Shown: positions 36,458 through 49,405, counted from the first letter of the whole stretch. The stretch is DNA of 63,208 nucleotides, filler included, from Diploschistes diacapsis (GCA_023645945.1; 17 parts of 17 records of this genome joined end to end with filler, not necessarily neighbours in it); one strand, 5' to 3'. The notes: generated by a model not told the origin, from the sequence alone. Program-made: numbers and translations.

Positions 36458-36950
36458 TAGGCTGGCCGTCACGGACACGGCCGTGGCAGTGTCCGTGTTT
36501 TGAAATTATCAGTCGTAGTGTCCGTGTCCGTGCTTTCACTGCAGTGCAGTGTCCGTGGAAATGTCCGTGTTTTAAATTTTTTAGTCGTAATATCCGTGTC
36601 CGTGTTTTTATTATAATATAATATCCGTGAAAGTGTCCATGTTTTAAAATTTTTAATCATAATGTCCGTGTTAATAAATTTATTACCGTGTCCGTGCATT
36701 TACCGAAACATTTTTAAATAATATTTATTTTTTAATAATTTAGAATTATTATATTTATTTTTTACGTTTTTATTTTTTCATTACGGTATTTCGGTGAATT
36801 TACGATAATGTTTCGATGAATTTATTATAATATAATGTCCGTAATAATATCGTGTTTTAAAATTTTTAACGGTAGTGTCCGTAAAAGTATCCGTGCTTTA
36901 AAATTTTTAATCGTAATGTCCGTGTCCGTGCTTTTATTATAATATAATGT
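36458..36950. mobile_element. hAT-like MITE end with GTCCGTG subterminal repeats, truncated by contig end
   Basis: Begins TAGGCTGGCCGT, matching the TIR of 60482-60755; many gtccgtg motifs. Confidence 0.75.
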
Positions 36951-37050
36951 NNNNNNNNNNNNNNNNNNNNNNNNNNNNNNNNNNNNNNNNNNNNTTAATT
37001 AATTAANNNNNNNNNNNNNNNNNNNNNNNNNNNNNNNNNNNNNNNNNNNN

Positions 37051-38164
37051 CATCTATATTTCTTAAATAATCGTGCCTTCTTTGAATTTATAGTTAACGA
37101 ACTCAAGGTTCAGCTGGCGACGTTCAGGTTCAGTAATCGTCTAGTATTTTGCCTGCAGAGAATCCCATCTAGCTTTCGTAGTAAATAAACCACGAAAACG
37201 TTCTTAGTCAATCTCCCCCGTATAGATCATAATTTAGTAATTTATTTTAGATTAATCTTTCTTCTATTATTTAGGTATTTTGTCTAAAATTGAATCTAAA
37301 TCGGTAAAAATAGATGATATCGAGTTATTCAGGATGTCTATAACAAACTATAATGGCTGATTATTAAAGTCGTAATCCACCTTTTTATTTTCAAGATATA
37401 TACGTATGAGTTCGAACCATTGTTATTGATTTTCTTTTCTTAGGATGGAAGCAACCCGCTTCTTAGATAAAATGTCGTCCATCTTATTACTATTTTTCGT
37501 AAATAAAGAAGATTTATTAAATAAATAACTCGTAATTAGTAAGTGATTAATGAATAGTACAAAAAATAATCCTCTATAATAGAAATAAAGGTAATCGAAG
37601 GGTTCAGCGTGGTTCAGCTAAACTTCGATATTAACGAAAAAGAAAAGAAGATTGTTTTTCGTTGGCCTGTACAGATGATATCTAGATCCAACTACTTCTT
37701 ATTTAGACCTACCCTAGGCCAGCGTATTAAGATCCCGCGTTCTTTTAAAGTAATATAACTTCTATTTTTGAATCAGCCCACCCTAAAGTCTTATGATTCA
37801 GATTCTAGGTTTTTTAGATCTCTTCGATTTAACCTACGTTAGGTAACGTAATCGGTACCCGCGTTCGTAACCGTAACAAATACCGGGAAACGTAATTTCA
37901 ATAAACGATTAAGCGTAATAAAACAGGTGCTAATCCGAGCTCATAACCTATTTAATAACGTAATAGATGTATTAAAGTCTAGAAATCTTATTTAAAAAGT
38001 TATTCTACTTTACAGACTTTTATCCTCGTAAGATACGCTAAGCACTACTACCTACATTATTCCTTATTCGGTCTAGTTGAAATTCCAGAAAATTCAGCTG
38101 AACTGAACCTCCTTCTAGAATTCAGTTGTACTCCCAGCCATGCCTTCTGCCTGTCTGCTCAACA
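37051..38164 (-). mobile_element. Copia 5' end: LTR 37949-38164, PBS 37937-37948, gag start ~37482
   Basis: LTR begins TGTTGAGCA; immediately followed by GGTTATGAGCTC (copia/Ty5-type internal tRNA-iMet PBS); MDDILSKKRVASILRKENQ*QWFELIRIYL. Confidence 0.8.
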
Positions 38165-38199
38165 AAAATTTTAAAATAAATAGATTTAAAATAAAAGTT

Positions 38200-39215
38200 A
38201 TAATATTTTAAAAGAACGCGGGTCTTTATTACGCTGACTAAAAATAGGCCTAAATAAGAAATACTCAGATCCAGATTCGTCTATATAGGTTAAAAAAAAC
38301 CTTCGACCTCCTTTTTCTTTCGATAATATCGAAGTTTAATTAAACTTACGCTAAATCTTATCGATCATCTTAATAACCTTCGACACTTAACAAAACCGTT
38401 ATCTTCTTTATTAAACCTAGTCGAATCTCTTATCAATCTTCGAAATCTAGTAGAATCGTTATTTTCGCTGTTAGACTTTTTCGATCGGATCTATTATCGA
38501 AAATCAGCTGAATTACGCTAAATCGTCTCGATATTTCCGATAATGATCGATATTTAGCTGAATCACGTTAAACCCTTTCGATCTTCGTTATCTTCGATAT
38601 TTAATAATATCGTTATTTATATTATTAGATTTAATCAAAAGTCTTTTTAATTATCGAGATTTAGCTGAATCACGCTGAACCTTCTCGATCTCTCGTTAAC
38701 CCTCGATATCTAATAAAACCGTTATTTACGCTATTAAATCTAGTCGAGAACCTCGTTAACTATCGAAGTTTAATTAAATTCTTATTAAACTTACTCGACA
38801 TCTTCTAAGAATTCGATATCTAACTAGATCTGTTATTAAACCGACTCGATACTTTCTAATAATTTTCGATATTTAATAGGACCGTTACTTACGCTGTTGA
38901 ACCTGATCGAATTTCATATTAATTTTCGAAGTTTAGCTGAATTATTACTAAACCGTTTCGACATCCATAATAATCGATATCTAGTCTTGCCGCCGCTGGA
39001 CCGATTCGATCTTTCGATAATAATCGATATTCAACTACGCCTATTGTTAAACCTACTCGATATCTTCGATCACAATCGAAATTTAATTAAATCTTACTGA
39101 ATTATCGCGATATCTTCGATAATTATCGAGATCCAATCGAACTACTTCTAAACCTACTCGATTACTCATTAATTATCGAAGTTTAACTAAACCGCTGCTG
39201 AATTTAATCGATTAC
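38200..39215 (+). repeat. Inverted paralogue of the copia leader with degenerate tandem array (ATCGAAGTTTAGCTGAATCACGCTGAACC-like)
   Basis: 38205-38360 is the reverse-complement homologue of 37600-37750; the motif recurs many times to ~39210. Confidence 0.7.
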
Positions 39216-40411
39216 TTTCGTTTTTATTATAAAGCATTACCCTCTATACTATTATTAAAATATTAATTATTCGTTATTCATTTATCTTTAAAAATAGTAA
39301 TAATATAAATAACAATTTATTTAAGAACGGATTGTTTTTATCNNNNNNNNNNNNNNNNNNNNNNNNNNNNNNNNNNNNNNNNNNNNTTAATTAATTAANN
39401 NNNNNNNNNNNNNNNNNNNNNNNNNNNNNNNNNNNNNNNNNNGAAGTGTTAATAACGAATATAATTATAATTCGCGTTAGAAACGTATTTTGTAATCCGA
39501 ATATTTTTGTTTTATAATCGTTCAAGTGTCTGGATCGTATTTTTTATATATTTGATTAAAATATTTAAAAGGAATCTTTACGTTTTTAACGCGAATAGGT
39601 CTATATTTTTCATTATTTTAATCTCGTAATAATCTTTCGATATTCGAAATATACGAAAAGATAGGAGGTATAGGAATCTCGTTTTTAACGTATCGAACAG
39701 TTTGTGAAAGAAGACGTATAACGATTAAATATTGTTATTTCGTTGGCGATCTTATTTTTTCGATCGTTTGAAACGAGGTTCCGCGTGCTTTACGTTTAAA
39801 ACGAGTTTGCGGCGTTTTCGGAACGAGTTTTCAAAGTCTTTCTTCGTAAATGCTGGCATAGACGTCTCGAACGTTTTCGTTTAATATTTTTTTTATCTTA
39901 GGATTGTCTGGCGTGAGATGTATATAATGATTCGTTTAAAACAGAGGAATCGAAGAATGATTTAAAACGCGAATAAAGACTGGATTCGTTTACGGCGAAA
40001 AAAATAATATGGAGGTAGATAAAGGCTCGTTATATAAAAACGGATTTTCGTTAAAAACGTTGATAACGAATCGATTCGTAAAAATCGAAGAAAAAGAAAT
40101 AGATTCGAATAAATTCGTTTACGACGTATAAGCGAAGTTAAGCGTTAGAAACGAAGAAACCTATTTGAATAATTTGAGGCGTAGAAGTTTAATAATTTCG
40201 AATCTATTTTGCTCGTATACGATAATTTAATTTTATATAACGCGTATAAAACGAGAAAAAGTCGTTGATTTAACGTTTTGTACGATAATCTTATTAAAGA
40301 ACGTCGTTGTGTTTAAAATTCGACGTTTTTTTGTTTTTATTGTTCTTATCGAAAATAAATAGCTTTTGACGTTGCGGAATTTGTTTTTTAATAACGGTAT
40401 TTTTCGAAGGT

Positions 40412-40667
40412 TGAAACGCCAGCGCAGGAAAGGATGCTACTCTACCGGGGGCTGAGCCTGATCTGGAAGGATCACGTGTAGCTGCAATCTGTAGGCTGAA
40501 TGGTTCAGATTCGAAAAGATGAAGAAGGAACTATCTAGGTGGGAGCAGGGCACATATAAATACTGGGTGCCAGCCCTACTGCCCTACGGGGTTCAACCCT
40601 TGAACCCACAAACGATCAGGATGTTCCAAATGCTTCAGGAACCCCGATGCATTGTTTCCCTATTACA
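40412..40667 (+). mobile_element. Short LTR-like element (~256 bp), little RIP
   Basis: TG...CA termini, internal TATAAA, 3' end (aatgcttca...tgtttccctatta) shared with ~48455-48491. Confidence 0.6.
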
Positions 40668-40729
40668 CTATATGTAGGTGCGTGGCTGTGGCAGCAGGTG
40701 GCAGATGTGTAACCCCGCAGGCCTTATAG

Positions 40730-41733
40730 AAAGCCGTCGACGCGATCATGGTAATCGTAGACAGGTACTCTAAAATGGCAAAATATTTTAGTGTGTCAAA
40801 AACGTTGACAGCAGTTAAACTAACAACATTATTTATGCAAGAAATCGTGTAAAAATATGGTGTACCTATGGGTATCGTGTCAGATAAAAAATCGCTATTC
40901 ACAAACGCGTACTAGAGCGAGATCTACTACCAAATAAAATCAAGCAGAAACTAAGTATTGCTTTTCATCTTCAGACTGATGGTTAGATCGAATGGTAGAA
41001 CCAAACGCTTAAACATTACCTACGAATATACTATATAAAGTAACAGGATAACTAACCTAAACTATTATTAATTATAAAATTTATATATAATTCTAATAAG
41101 CATTCGAGTACAGAAATAAGCCCCTTTAAAGCAGTTTATGGAAAAAAACTGAATTTTTTTAATTTCGAAGACGAAATTATTAAAAAAGAGGTACCAGCTA
41201 TCGTAAAACGAGTTCAAAACATATTAACAACAAAATAACAGCTTAAACAAAACCTAATATAAGCTCAAGAATGGCAAAAGAAATATTTTAATTAAAAACA
41301 TAAACCTAAAAGTTATAAAATTAGAGATCTAATAATGCTATCTATAAAGAATCTGAATTAAAGAAAACCGAATAAGAAATTATCGTATCGATATATTAAG
41401 CCATTTCGCATTATAAGAGTAACGAGATCGCAAATATATAAATTAAATAAAATATATCTTATATTTCATGTATCGTTCCTAGAGCCTTATACTACAAGAA
41501 ATAATTTTAATAATAACGAGTATCTCTCACCCACAGATCTTATAGACGATAAAAAAGAATAAAAGATAAAAAAAAATATTAAACAGAAGATTAAAAGCTA
41601 AGGTCCTATAATACAAAATATAATAAAAGGACCGGCCGTTAGAATATAATAACTGGATATTAATAAACTAATTTAAAAACGTCACGAGCATGCTCGAAAA
41701 TTATAAAGCAGTTCATCCATAATTTAAAAGAAG
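40730..41733 (+). mobile_element. Gypsy integrase core and C-terminal remnant
   Basis: DAIMVIVDRYSKM, GVPMGIVSDKK, AFHLQTDG*IEW*NQTLKHYLR. Confidence 0.9.
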
Positions 41734-42451
41734 NNNNNNNNNNNNNNNNNNNNNNNNNNNNNNNNNNNNNNNNNNNNTTAATTAATTAANNNNNNNNNNN
41801 NNNNNNNNNNNNNNNNNNNNNNNNNNNNNNNNNGGAAAAGGGAAGAGGGGGAAGGGGGTTTGGGAGAAAGTAGATAGAGGGGTTGGGATTAGGATGGGTA
41901 CTGCACTGGACGTGAGGTGGGAGGGTCGGGATGTTTGGTGTTCATGTTATGTGGATTGCACGGCTTGATTCAAGGGGAACAAAGAAAGCAAAAGGGGGTG
42001 ATTTTCTTGCTTTACGGGAATGGCGCAGAATAGAAAAGAGTTGCTTGAACGGTTATAACAACTTATGCATTGGAGTGATGTAAAGCCTACCCCTAGTAAT
42101 TGTGCTAGATAGATTGTTCCGGAAAATTGTTGTGCCAAGTAGGCGCCTCCCCAAGATGTTTCACAAAAGAGCTTCGCACACCAGAACGACTTGGCCGGAA
42201 ACAGCAACCAGTGCTACGAGTGTCAGAGGTGAACAAATATGACCCAGCATTTCTTCAATGCTATCGAGTTTCAGCGCTGCTTCTGGCATGTCGCTGGAAA
42301 CTTCTCGCAATCCTGGCGAAGCCCTCACCTGCTACCGCAGCTCGGCGAATACCTCAGCTGAGTGTTGTCCGTGTATCTTCTCTTTGAAAGGAGTTCTAGA
42401 GATCGTTTGATAGTTTCGGCCGGCTTTGAATCCCCGGATCAGAACGTCAGC

Positions 42452-43826
42452 ATGAACATTTTGACTCCCTTTCGCGAGCGGCTATGGCATTATTTCTCGC
42501 CTGGGAAATTGCAAACGCCAGTCTCCCCAAAGCCACCGTCTCCAAAAACCGAGCCACCATACAAGTTCCAGAAGGGCAGATTTAAGGCAGGACAAATAAG
42601 AAGGCAGAGTCTAAGTCCTACCGTCAAACGTCAGAAACAACACCATGACTTAGACCCCGTCCACGACTCGGAAAAAAGCGAAGACCCGGACCAGTCAGAC
42701 GACGCTCTTAGCGACATCGACGAAGACGGCGAACCTAAGGCCAAAAGACTCCAGCGCTTAAAAGAGGATCCCAATAACAATGACTTCGAACCCGAGGATG
42801 AAGCAGAGGAGCCAATTGCCGACATTACTCAAGAAGAAAAAGACGAGTACGGAATTGGCGTCACCATTGAGCCCGTAGCGCACGCGACACTCGAAGATCC
42901 CGACTACGAAGGCTGGACTCAAGATGAGCTCGATCTCCACAATAGACTTAACGACCGCGGGGTTGTTCCCCTGCTATATTCAAGGTGGAAAATCGACTTT
43001 CCTACGATTCCCGACGTCCTCTTCACGGACAACAAAGACGAGGCGTATATCAAGGCTGAGCAAGGGACTGAGTTTCGCGGTAGGCCTCATAGTAACTCCT
43101 ACTTGTTCCTCGTGAGCTAACATGGATGCTGCAACTGAAGGCTCCAGAGCCCTTTCTATCCTTCTTCAAGCCGGTGTTCGCGCGAGAGATTGCAGCGCCG
43201 TATCCCGCAAAAACCCTGCCCCAATCATCGCGCGCGCCATCAAAGATTACATTATCTGGTCACTGAAAGACGTTGGTCTCGACGAGCGAGCAATCACGCC
43301 TCTCGTATCGGTCATGGCCGCCCCACGTACAGAAGCCATCGCCAAGACCGTCACACGTATGACAACCGAATTACAAGGTCTTGCTGCCCAATGGCGAGCT
43401 ATCTGGGCCGATGCGCAGACACCCTCTGCCGATGAGGAAGAGGAGGACGCTTCAATGCCCCAGTGCCGCAAACGAAGACAAGATAGTCCCATAACCGCTG
43501 GCCGAAAGCGCAAGCGTTCACCCAGCGCTAACCCCAGCGCTACCTCCTCCAGCCTCGAAAAGAGTATCTCAAGCGATGAGCCTCTTCCAACACTCTACGG
43601 CATAGTTATCGCACGCACTATCATGGCTTTTGTTACGTACGATGCGGCGCTGGAGGATTCGAGCGTGAGGAGCTTGGCGCTCTTCAATTGGCGTGAGCAG
43701 GGCCAGGATGTGTGGAACGCGCTGGCCGTTGCGCTGATGGTTGTGCAGGCCAGAGAGGTGCTTGTAGCGCTTGGGGTGGAAGGGAGGGTGAGGTGGGGAA
43801 GTGAGGGTGGGGATCCTGACGCATAA
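42452..43826 (+). CDS. Hypothetical protein; intron 43080-43140
   Basis: Two long ORFs joined by a GT..CTAAC..AG intron; acidic N-terminus, basic RKRKR motif; no recognised domain. Confidence 0.75.
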
Positions 43827-43991
43827 AGTCAGATTCTGGGCTGAGAAGGTCGCGGGAAGGGCCATGGAGTCCTAATTGTAGAGAGGAAGTTTACTTTGGG
43901 CTAGGCGTTGCTATGATTACTTGAGGGTTTTTTTAACATTAATATCACCACCCGGGTTAGTTGCGAGGTCCTCTCGGTAGCTAGATATCCA

Positions 43992-44123
43992 CTAAACAGA
44001 CGCACACTCCAGCGGCAGCTTCCAGTTGAGCAGATTGAACGGCGTCTGCTCATCCCGCACGCAATCCTTTGAAATCTTTACCGTCCTCGCCATTTCATTC
44101 GCTGACCGCATGCCCTTCCCCTC
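43992..44123 (-). CDS. Possible 3' end of an unidentified gene
   Basis: Open frame EGKGMRSANEMARTVKISKDCVRDEQTPFNLLNWKLPLECASV* running off the contig. Confidence 0.35.
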   Translation of the reverse strand, partial: EGKGMRSANEMARTVKISKDCVRDEQTPFNLLNWKLPLECASV

Positions 44124-44223
44124 NNNNNNNNNNNNNNNNNNNNNNNNNNNNNNNNNNNNNNNNNNNNTTAATTAATTAANNNNNNNNNNNNNNNNNNNNN
44201 NNNNNNNNNNNNNNNNNNNNNNN

Positions 44224-45877
44224 GTATTTACGGTATTACGTTAATCAAAACATAGATAATTAAATAAAACTATTATTAAACGCCGAATATTATCTTAATA
44301 ATAAATATAAAGAAGTTAAGAAAATTTAAAATACATAATCACTTAATAACGAAATACTGAACGATATTAAAAGATTAAGAATCTTAAAAAAGAATCCTTA
44401 ATTAAAAAAGGAAGATAAGGTTTATTTATATATAAATAACCTTAGAATACGCAAACCTTTTAAAAAGCTCGATTACGTTAAAATCGAACCTTTCCTTATC
44501 GATAAATAACCTTTTATATCAAACGAAACTAAACGAGTCAATTATCGATTCAAGTTATTAAAAAACGCGAAAATTTATCCAGTGTTCTATTCCCGATACC
44601 TCGAATTAACATATTTAAACATATCGTTACAAGAAACCTTCTATTTCGAATCAAACAACGAAAACGAATACGAAGTCGAGAAGATTCTGGATAATAATCT
44701 TAAAGGATTTCTTATTAAATAAAAAGGATACCCGACAGAACAGAACACGTGAAAATCCCTAAAAAACCTAAACAACTGCGGAAATAAAATAAAAGAATAC
44801 CGCAGATTCATCAAAAAGGTCAGCTGGCTAATTAGCGGCACCTCCATTCAATAAAGGCAACTCCCTAGGATTATTAACGAAGAAAGATAGGTTTCCGTCG
44901 AGAATCTCCGCCTCAAATACCGATATATTAATTATAATACGGCCTAAATTTTCACCTTCCGTAATTAATAATTCCGTTAAATATTCTATCTTCGTATTAA
45001 TACGGGCTTATGCTTTTTATAAAAGAAGTTTATTCCGCTCGATACGACGAGCAAGTTTAAGAAACCGATCAATATCTTTTTATATAGACCGTTCTAACAT
45101 ATCTTATGTCCGCTTTAAACGAGCTTATAACATTTCTACGCAAAAACGACCACGGCGTACATATTCTAAACATTTTAAAACCCTAGAACTAGACGATATA
45201 ACGAAATAGAACTTATCGTTAAAAGAACAATATTTATAAAAAAAAACGGCAAGGATTTTATAACGAGCAATAAAACGGGAAAGTTGGATTCGTTCGACGG
45301 ACCGATTACGAGAAGTTAAAAGAGATATCGTTATCCCACGACTTAAGATTCTTTTTTATTTAATATTTATATTAAACCTTTCGGCGAATCATCGGGCCGA
45401 TAATATTAAAAAAAAAGGATAATATTACGATTTAAGTACCAGACTTAACACGTTTTAACTTTATATATAGATCAGTTACGGGATTAGGGGTCACGTGATA
45501 CGTTTATTACTCGCGTTTATTTCCGTAAGCGGCGAATAAGCTTTCGCCACCGCTCGATAATCGCGCTTATTTTCGTAAATAACGAGCCTCGAGGGTACCG
45601 CTCGCTAAATTTACGATAAACGGCGAGCGAGCTGATTATATATAAACACGACTTTACCTTCGTAAAAGAGGACGTGTTTATTTTTATAAATATCCTTAAT
45701 TATTACTCGGGATTAATTTATATTCGTTATTTTTATTATTAGAAAGATTTCTTTTTAAAAATAGTCTAAAACTTATAACTGCTTTATCTTTTTTTCCTAC
45801 TATATTCCTCTTCTAACAGAAACTAAACCCACCTTGATCCTACTCGTGTATACCTTATATAGATAGAGATCATAACA
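44224..45877 (+). mobile_element. Chromovirus 3' end: integrase tail, chromodomain (~44660-44800), extra antisense ORF, PPT, LTR 45423-45877
   Basis: ENEYEVEKILD..FLIK*KGYPTEQNT*KSLKNL; LTR matches 49847-50307. Confidence 0.88.
44828..45328 (-). pseudogene. Antisense accessory ORF with Zn2Cys6-like spacing, RIP-mutated
   Basis: 167 codons in one frame; 45140-45238 reads Y-x2-C-x6-Y-x11-C-x2-Y-x6-C with the Tyr codons being TAT (TGT after RIP). Confidence 0.65.
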
Positions 45878-46613
45878 CCTTACCGGTTCAGGTTCAGTTT
45901 TAAACAAAACATCTAAATAATAAAAAAAAGATCAATTTAAAGCAAATTATTAAGTTATGATCTATATAGGGGAGATCGACCAAGAACGTCTTCGTGGTTT
46001 ACCTATTACGAAAGCTAGATGGAATTTTCTATAAGTAAAATACTAGGCGATTATTGAACCTAAACGTTGCCAATTGAACCTTAAGTTCGCTAATTATAAA
46101 CTCAAGGAAGGCACGATTATTTAAAAAGTATGGATGCATTTAATAAAACTTTTAAAGAAGTTATCGTATAGACGAACCGAGTATGCTCTAAAAGTTTTTT
46201 TTTAGTAATTATTTACGGTATTGCCGCCTAATTACGGAATTATTATCGACGTTATTAACACGTAAATCGATAATGTTTTATTCGTTAATATCGATTTCGA
46301 TAGATAGCTTAATAGGCTTACCGATAAGCAAGATAAATTAATAGAAGAAGTTGTAATATATTCCCTACGTTATAATAGATTATAATATTTTAAGGGTTTC
46401 CGTTTTTAGGGACGATCCGACGAAAGACGACGTCGTTATTTTAATTTAATAAAAGGATATTTATTTTGTAAAAATAATAATTATCGCGTAATATAATATA
46501 AACTCGTTAAAGANNNNNNNNNNNNNNNNNNNNNNNNNNNNNNNNNNNNNNNNNNNNTTAATTAATTAANNNNNNNNNNNNNNNNNNNNNNNNNNNNNNN
46601 NNNNNNNNNNNNN

Positions 46614-48015
46614 GTACGCGTTAGATTCGTTGGTATTACGGTTTTGAGCGAACTTCCGGTTAGGTTCCGAAAGCCGTTCGAGAACGGGAAATAAAACAAA
46701 TCCGATGGGATAATTAGGGCTATAAAAGAAGTCGAGGGGGGGAAAGAACGCGAAAGATAGGCGTAAGAATACGATCGTTTTTTATATTTTATATTAATCG
46801 TCGGGAGATGCGTTTCGGTTTATTCTCGGAATATTCTCGGTTTTATATTATATTTCTTACGAGCGCGGTCCGCTATCGTTTGGTTTACGGGATACTATCT
46901 CGATCATAACGGGTGACCTTTATAGTTATAATTTACGCATTTATGATCCTAAGGTTATTTTTTCGTCGGATAAGCGTTCGTCTCGTGAGTCGTGCCCGCG
47001 GAGAACTTATAGTACTTCGGTCGTCCGTAGCGGGCTATTATGTGCCTAAAGCTGTAATAATTAAAACATTACGTAATACGGTAGTTTCCGTAGAATGACT
47101 CGTAGTTATAGATTTTATTATTTTAAAAAAGATTTTTTATTATTAATTTATTAATTATTTCCGGCGTTTCGATTACGATAAATAATAAGTTTATTTTTTT
47201 TCCGTTTATTAAGATTCGTTTTTTTTATATTGTTCGACGTATTATATTTCTTAAATTTAGATTTATTTTATTAATAATATATATTGCTACGTTTTATTTC
47301 GTAATATTTACGAAATTTATCCGTATTTTATGCGTTATTAATTTAAATTCTTTTCGTACTACTTTCGTCCTTCGTTTAAATATCGTTATCTATTCTTTTA
47401 TTTTCTCGATTTCGTTTCTTATTTCTTTTTAATCTATTACGAATCTTACGTCCTTATTAAGGAGCCGTCGGGCTGTAATAATATTCTTTATTTTAATTTT
47501 TTTCGCGTTCGTTATTAGCTCAGGTCCATTCCGTTGCTTTCCCGCTTATATCTTATTTCTTAATCGAATTATGATTTCTTTAATCGTTCTTTTTAATATT
47601 TCCATTATCCTGTTCTTTTTTTCGGAAGTAGAACCTATTATTTAAGTTTAATTCTTATTCCCGGTGTTGTTGCGGTTGTTTCCTTATTTTTCTATAATCT
47701 TTTATATCGCTTTTATATTTTCTTTAATCGTGTTTAATTTTTCTTCTAATTTTAACGCGTTTTTTTTACGATTAGGTTCCGACGCGCCGGCGCCGTTTCC
47801 GCGTATCGTTTCTATTATTATAGTTTAGAATTGTATCAATCTTTCGCTCTGTCTTACTTTCATATATACTCCGATTGCTTATATTGCGTCTTTTAATCTA
47901 TCTTTCGCGTTCGAGCTCCCCGCCGGCCCGCATGCGCGGTCCTGCTAGAAATAAGACGCGTCACGACGCGACTCTCCTCCTCCTCGTTGCGTCGGTGCCA
48001 TCTCTCCGTTATTGC
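46614..48015 (-). mobile_element. Second copy of LINE ORF1 region
   Basis: Colinear with 28130-29530; differences are mostly C/T and G/A transitions. Confidence 0.85.
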
Positions 48016-48018
48016 CGT

Positions 48019-48307
48019 ATCGATAGGTTTATTAATTTCGTGGGTTTCGAATCTATAGTATATCTTTTGGTCATATAATCTTTAACGAATACGAAGATTT
48101 CCATTCGATTATATTTTAGCATAAAGTTTAGTTTAATTGAACCTCCGAGGTTTAGTTTAGTTGAAATTCCTAGGTTCTGATTAGAACGATTCGGGAGTAG
48201 TAGATAATAAGGTTTCGCGGATCCCGTAGGGTATAAAAGTCTGCGCAGTAGGATATCTTCATAGATTAGACCTCTAGACTTCAATATATCCATTACGTTG
48301 CCAAACA
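48019..48307 (+). mobile_element. Copia LTR variant (start approximate)
   Basis: Ends gacctctagacttcaatatatccattacgttgccaaaca, reverse complement of the 32012 and 50672 termini. Confidence 0.7.
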
Positions 48308-49405
48308 TTAGATTTAGTATCTTCGTTGTCGTGAATTTTAATAAGTTCTAACGATCCGTGTAAATTCAGTTTTCTTTATCTCCTGTACCTAAATGTAACA
48401 GCGGGGGTAGTGCCTAATAGGTAGCAATATCCCACTGAGCCAAAATATTAACCACAATGCTTCAATAACCTCGAAACACTGTTTCCCTATTATGTAACGA
48501 ATGACAAACACCGACGTTTGAAAAGTAATCAAGGAGTGGTTAACTCGTCGTTTACGTGGACTCGTTATTGACTCGTCGTTAACACGGCACGATTGAATGG
48601 GTTATTATAGAAATTAAAATATATAAGTCACCGTACTATTTAATTGCTGAAATAGCCCGTAATTCGATTTCTCTTTTTTATAATAACTTTATTTAATAAA
48701 GGTGTAATCTTAGGCGGGTATTATTATTATATATATGTGGTTTTAATCGTTCGTTATATTGAAATTATTATTAACTCACTTTTTAAACTCAAAAATATTA
48801 AAAATATTTAACTTAATAAACTAAACTAGACGGAAAGATTTTTAAAACATGTTTAAAAACAAAAAATAAACCTAATCTAAATTAAAGTAAACATTATCAC
48901 NNNNNNNNNNNNNNNNNNNNNNNNNNNNNNNNNNNNNNNNNNNNTTAATTAATTAANNNNNNNNNNNNNNNNNNNNNNNNNNNNNNNNNNNNNNNNNNNN
49001 TACCTACTACAGCAAGGGAAGTCTCCCTAGACAGCGCGCCTTGTGTTTATAATAGATACGACTCGATTTATATAAATACGCGGTCACGTATAAAACCCGT
49101 AATATAAACGATTTTTCCGTTTTTAACGCTATTAATACGAAAATCTTAATAAAAATTTAAAGCGAGTTATAAGAACCATTATTTAAATTTCTTACGGTTT
49201 CCGTTATATTTATTAGATTTCTAAATTTTTACCTTAAGAACGCTTTCACCGGCTTTATCGTTATTTCCGAGATTGTTTTTTTTGACTTTCGCAGTGTTCG
49301 TTATAACTATATCGGATTTTAGTGTTTTTTAAAATAATACGGACCTAATTTTTAACGATCGCTCGGTCGTGCTTTTTATTATACTTATTTTAAAAAATGT
49401 TTAAA

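Noticed and set aside
38320..39215. CRISPR-like repeat/spacer array
   Set aside because: Eukaryotic context, degenerate units of variable length, no cas genes; the motif derives from the copia leader.
39443..40410. AT-rich segment, possibly gag/protease
   Set aside because: No motif could be recovered by eye; left unassigned.
45880..46513. Possible helicase C-terminal remnant (FRDDPTKDDVVILI)
   Set aside because: Too short and degenerate to support.
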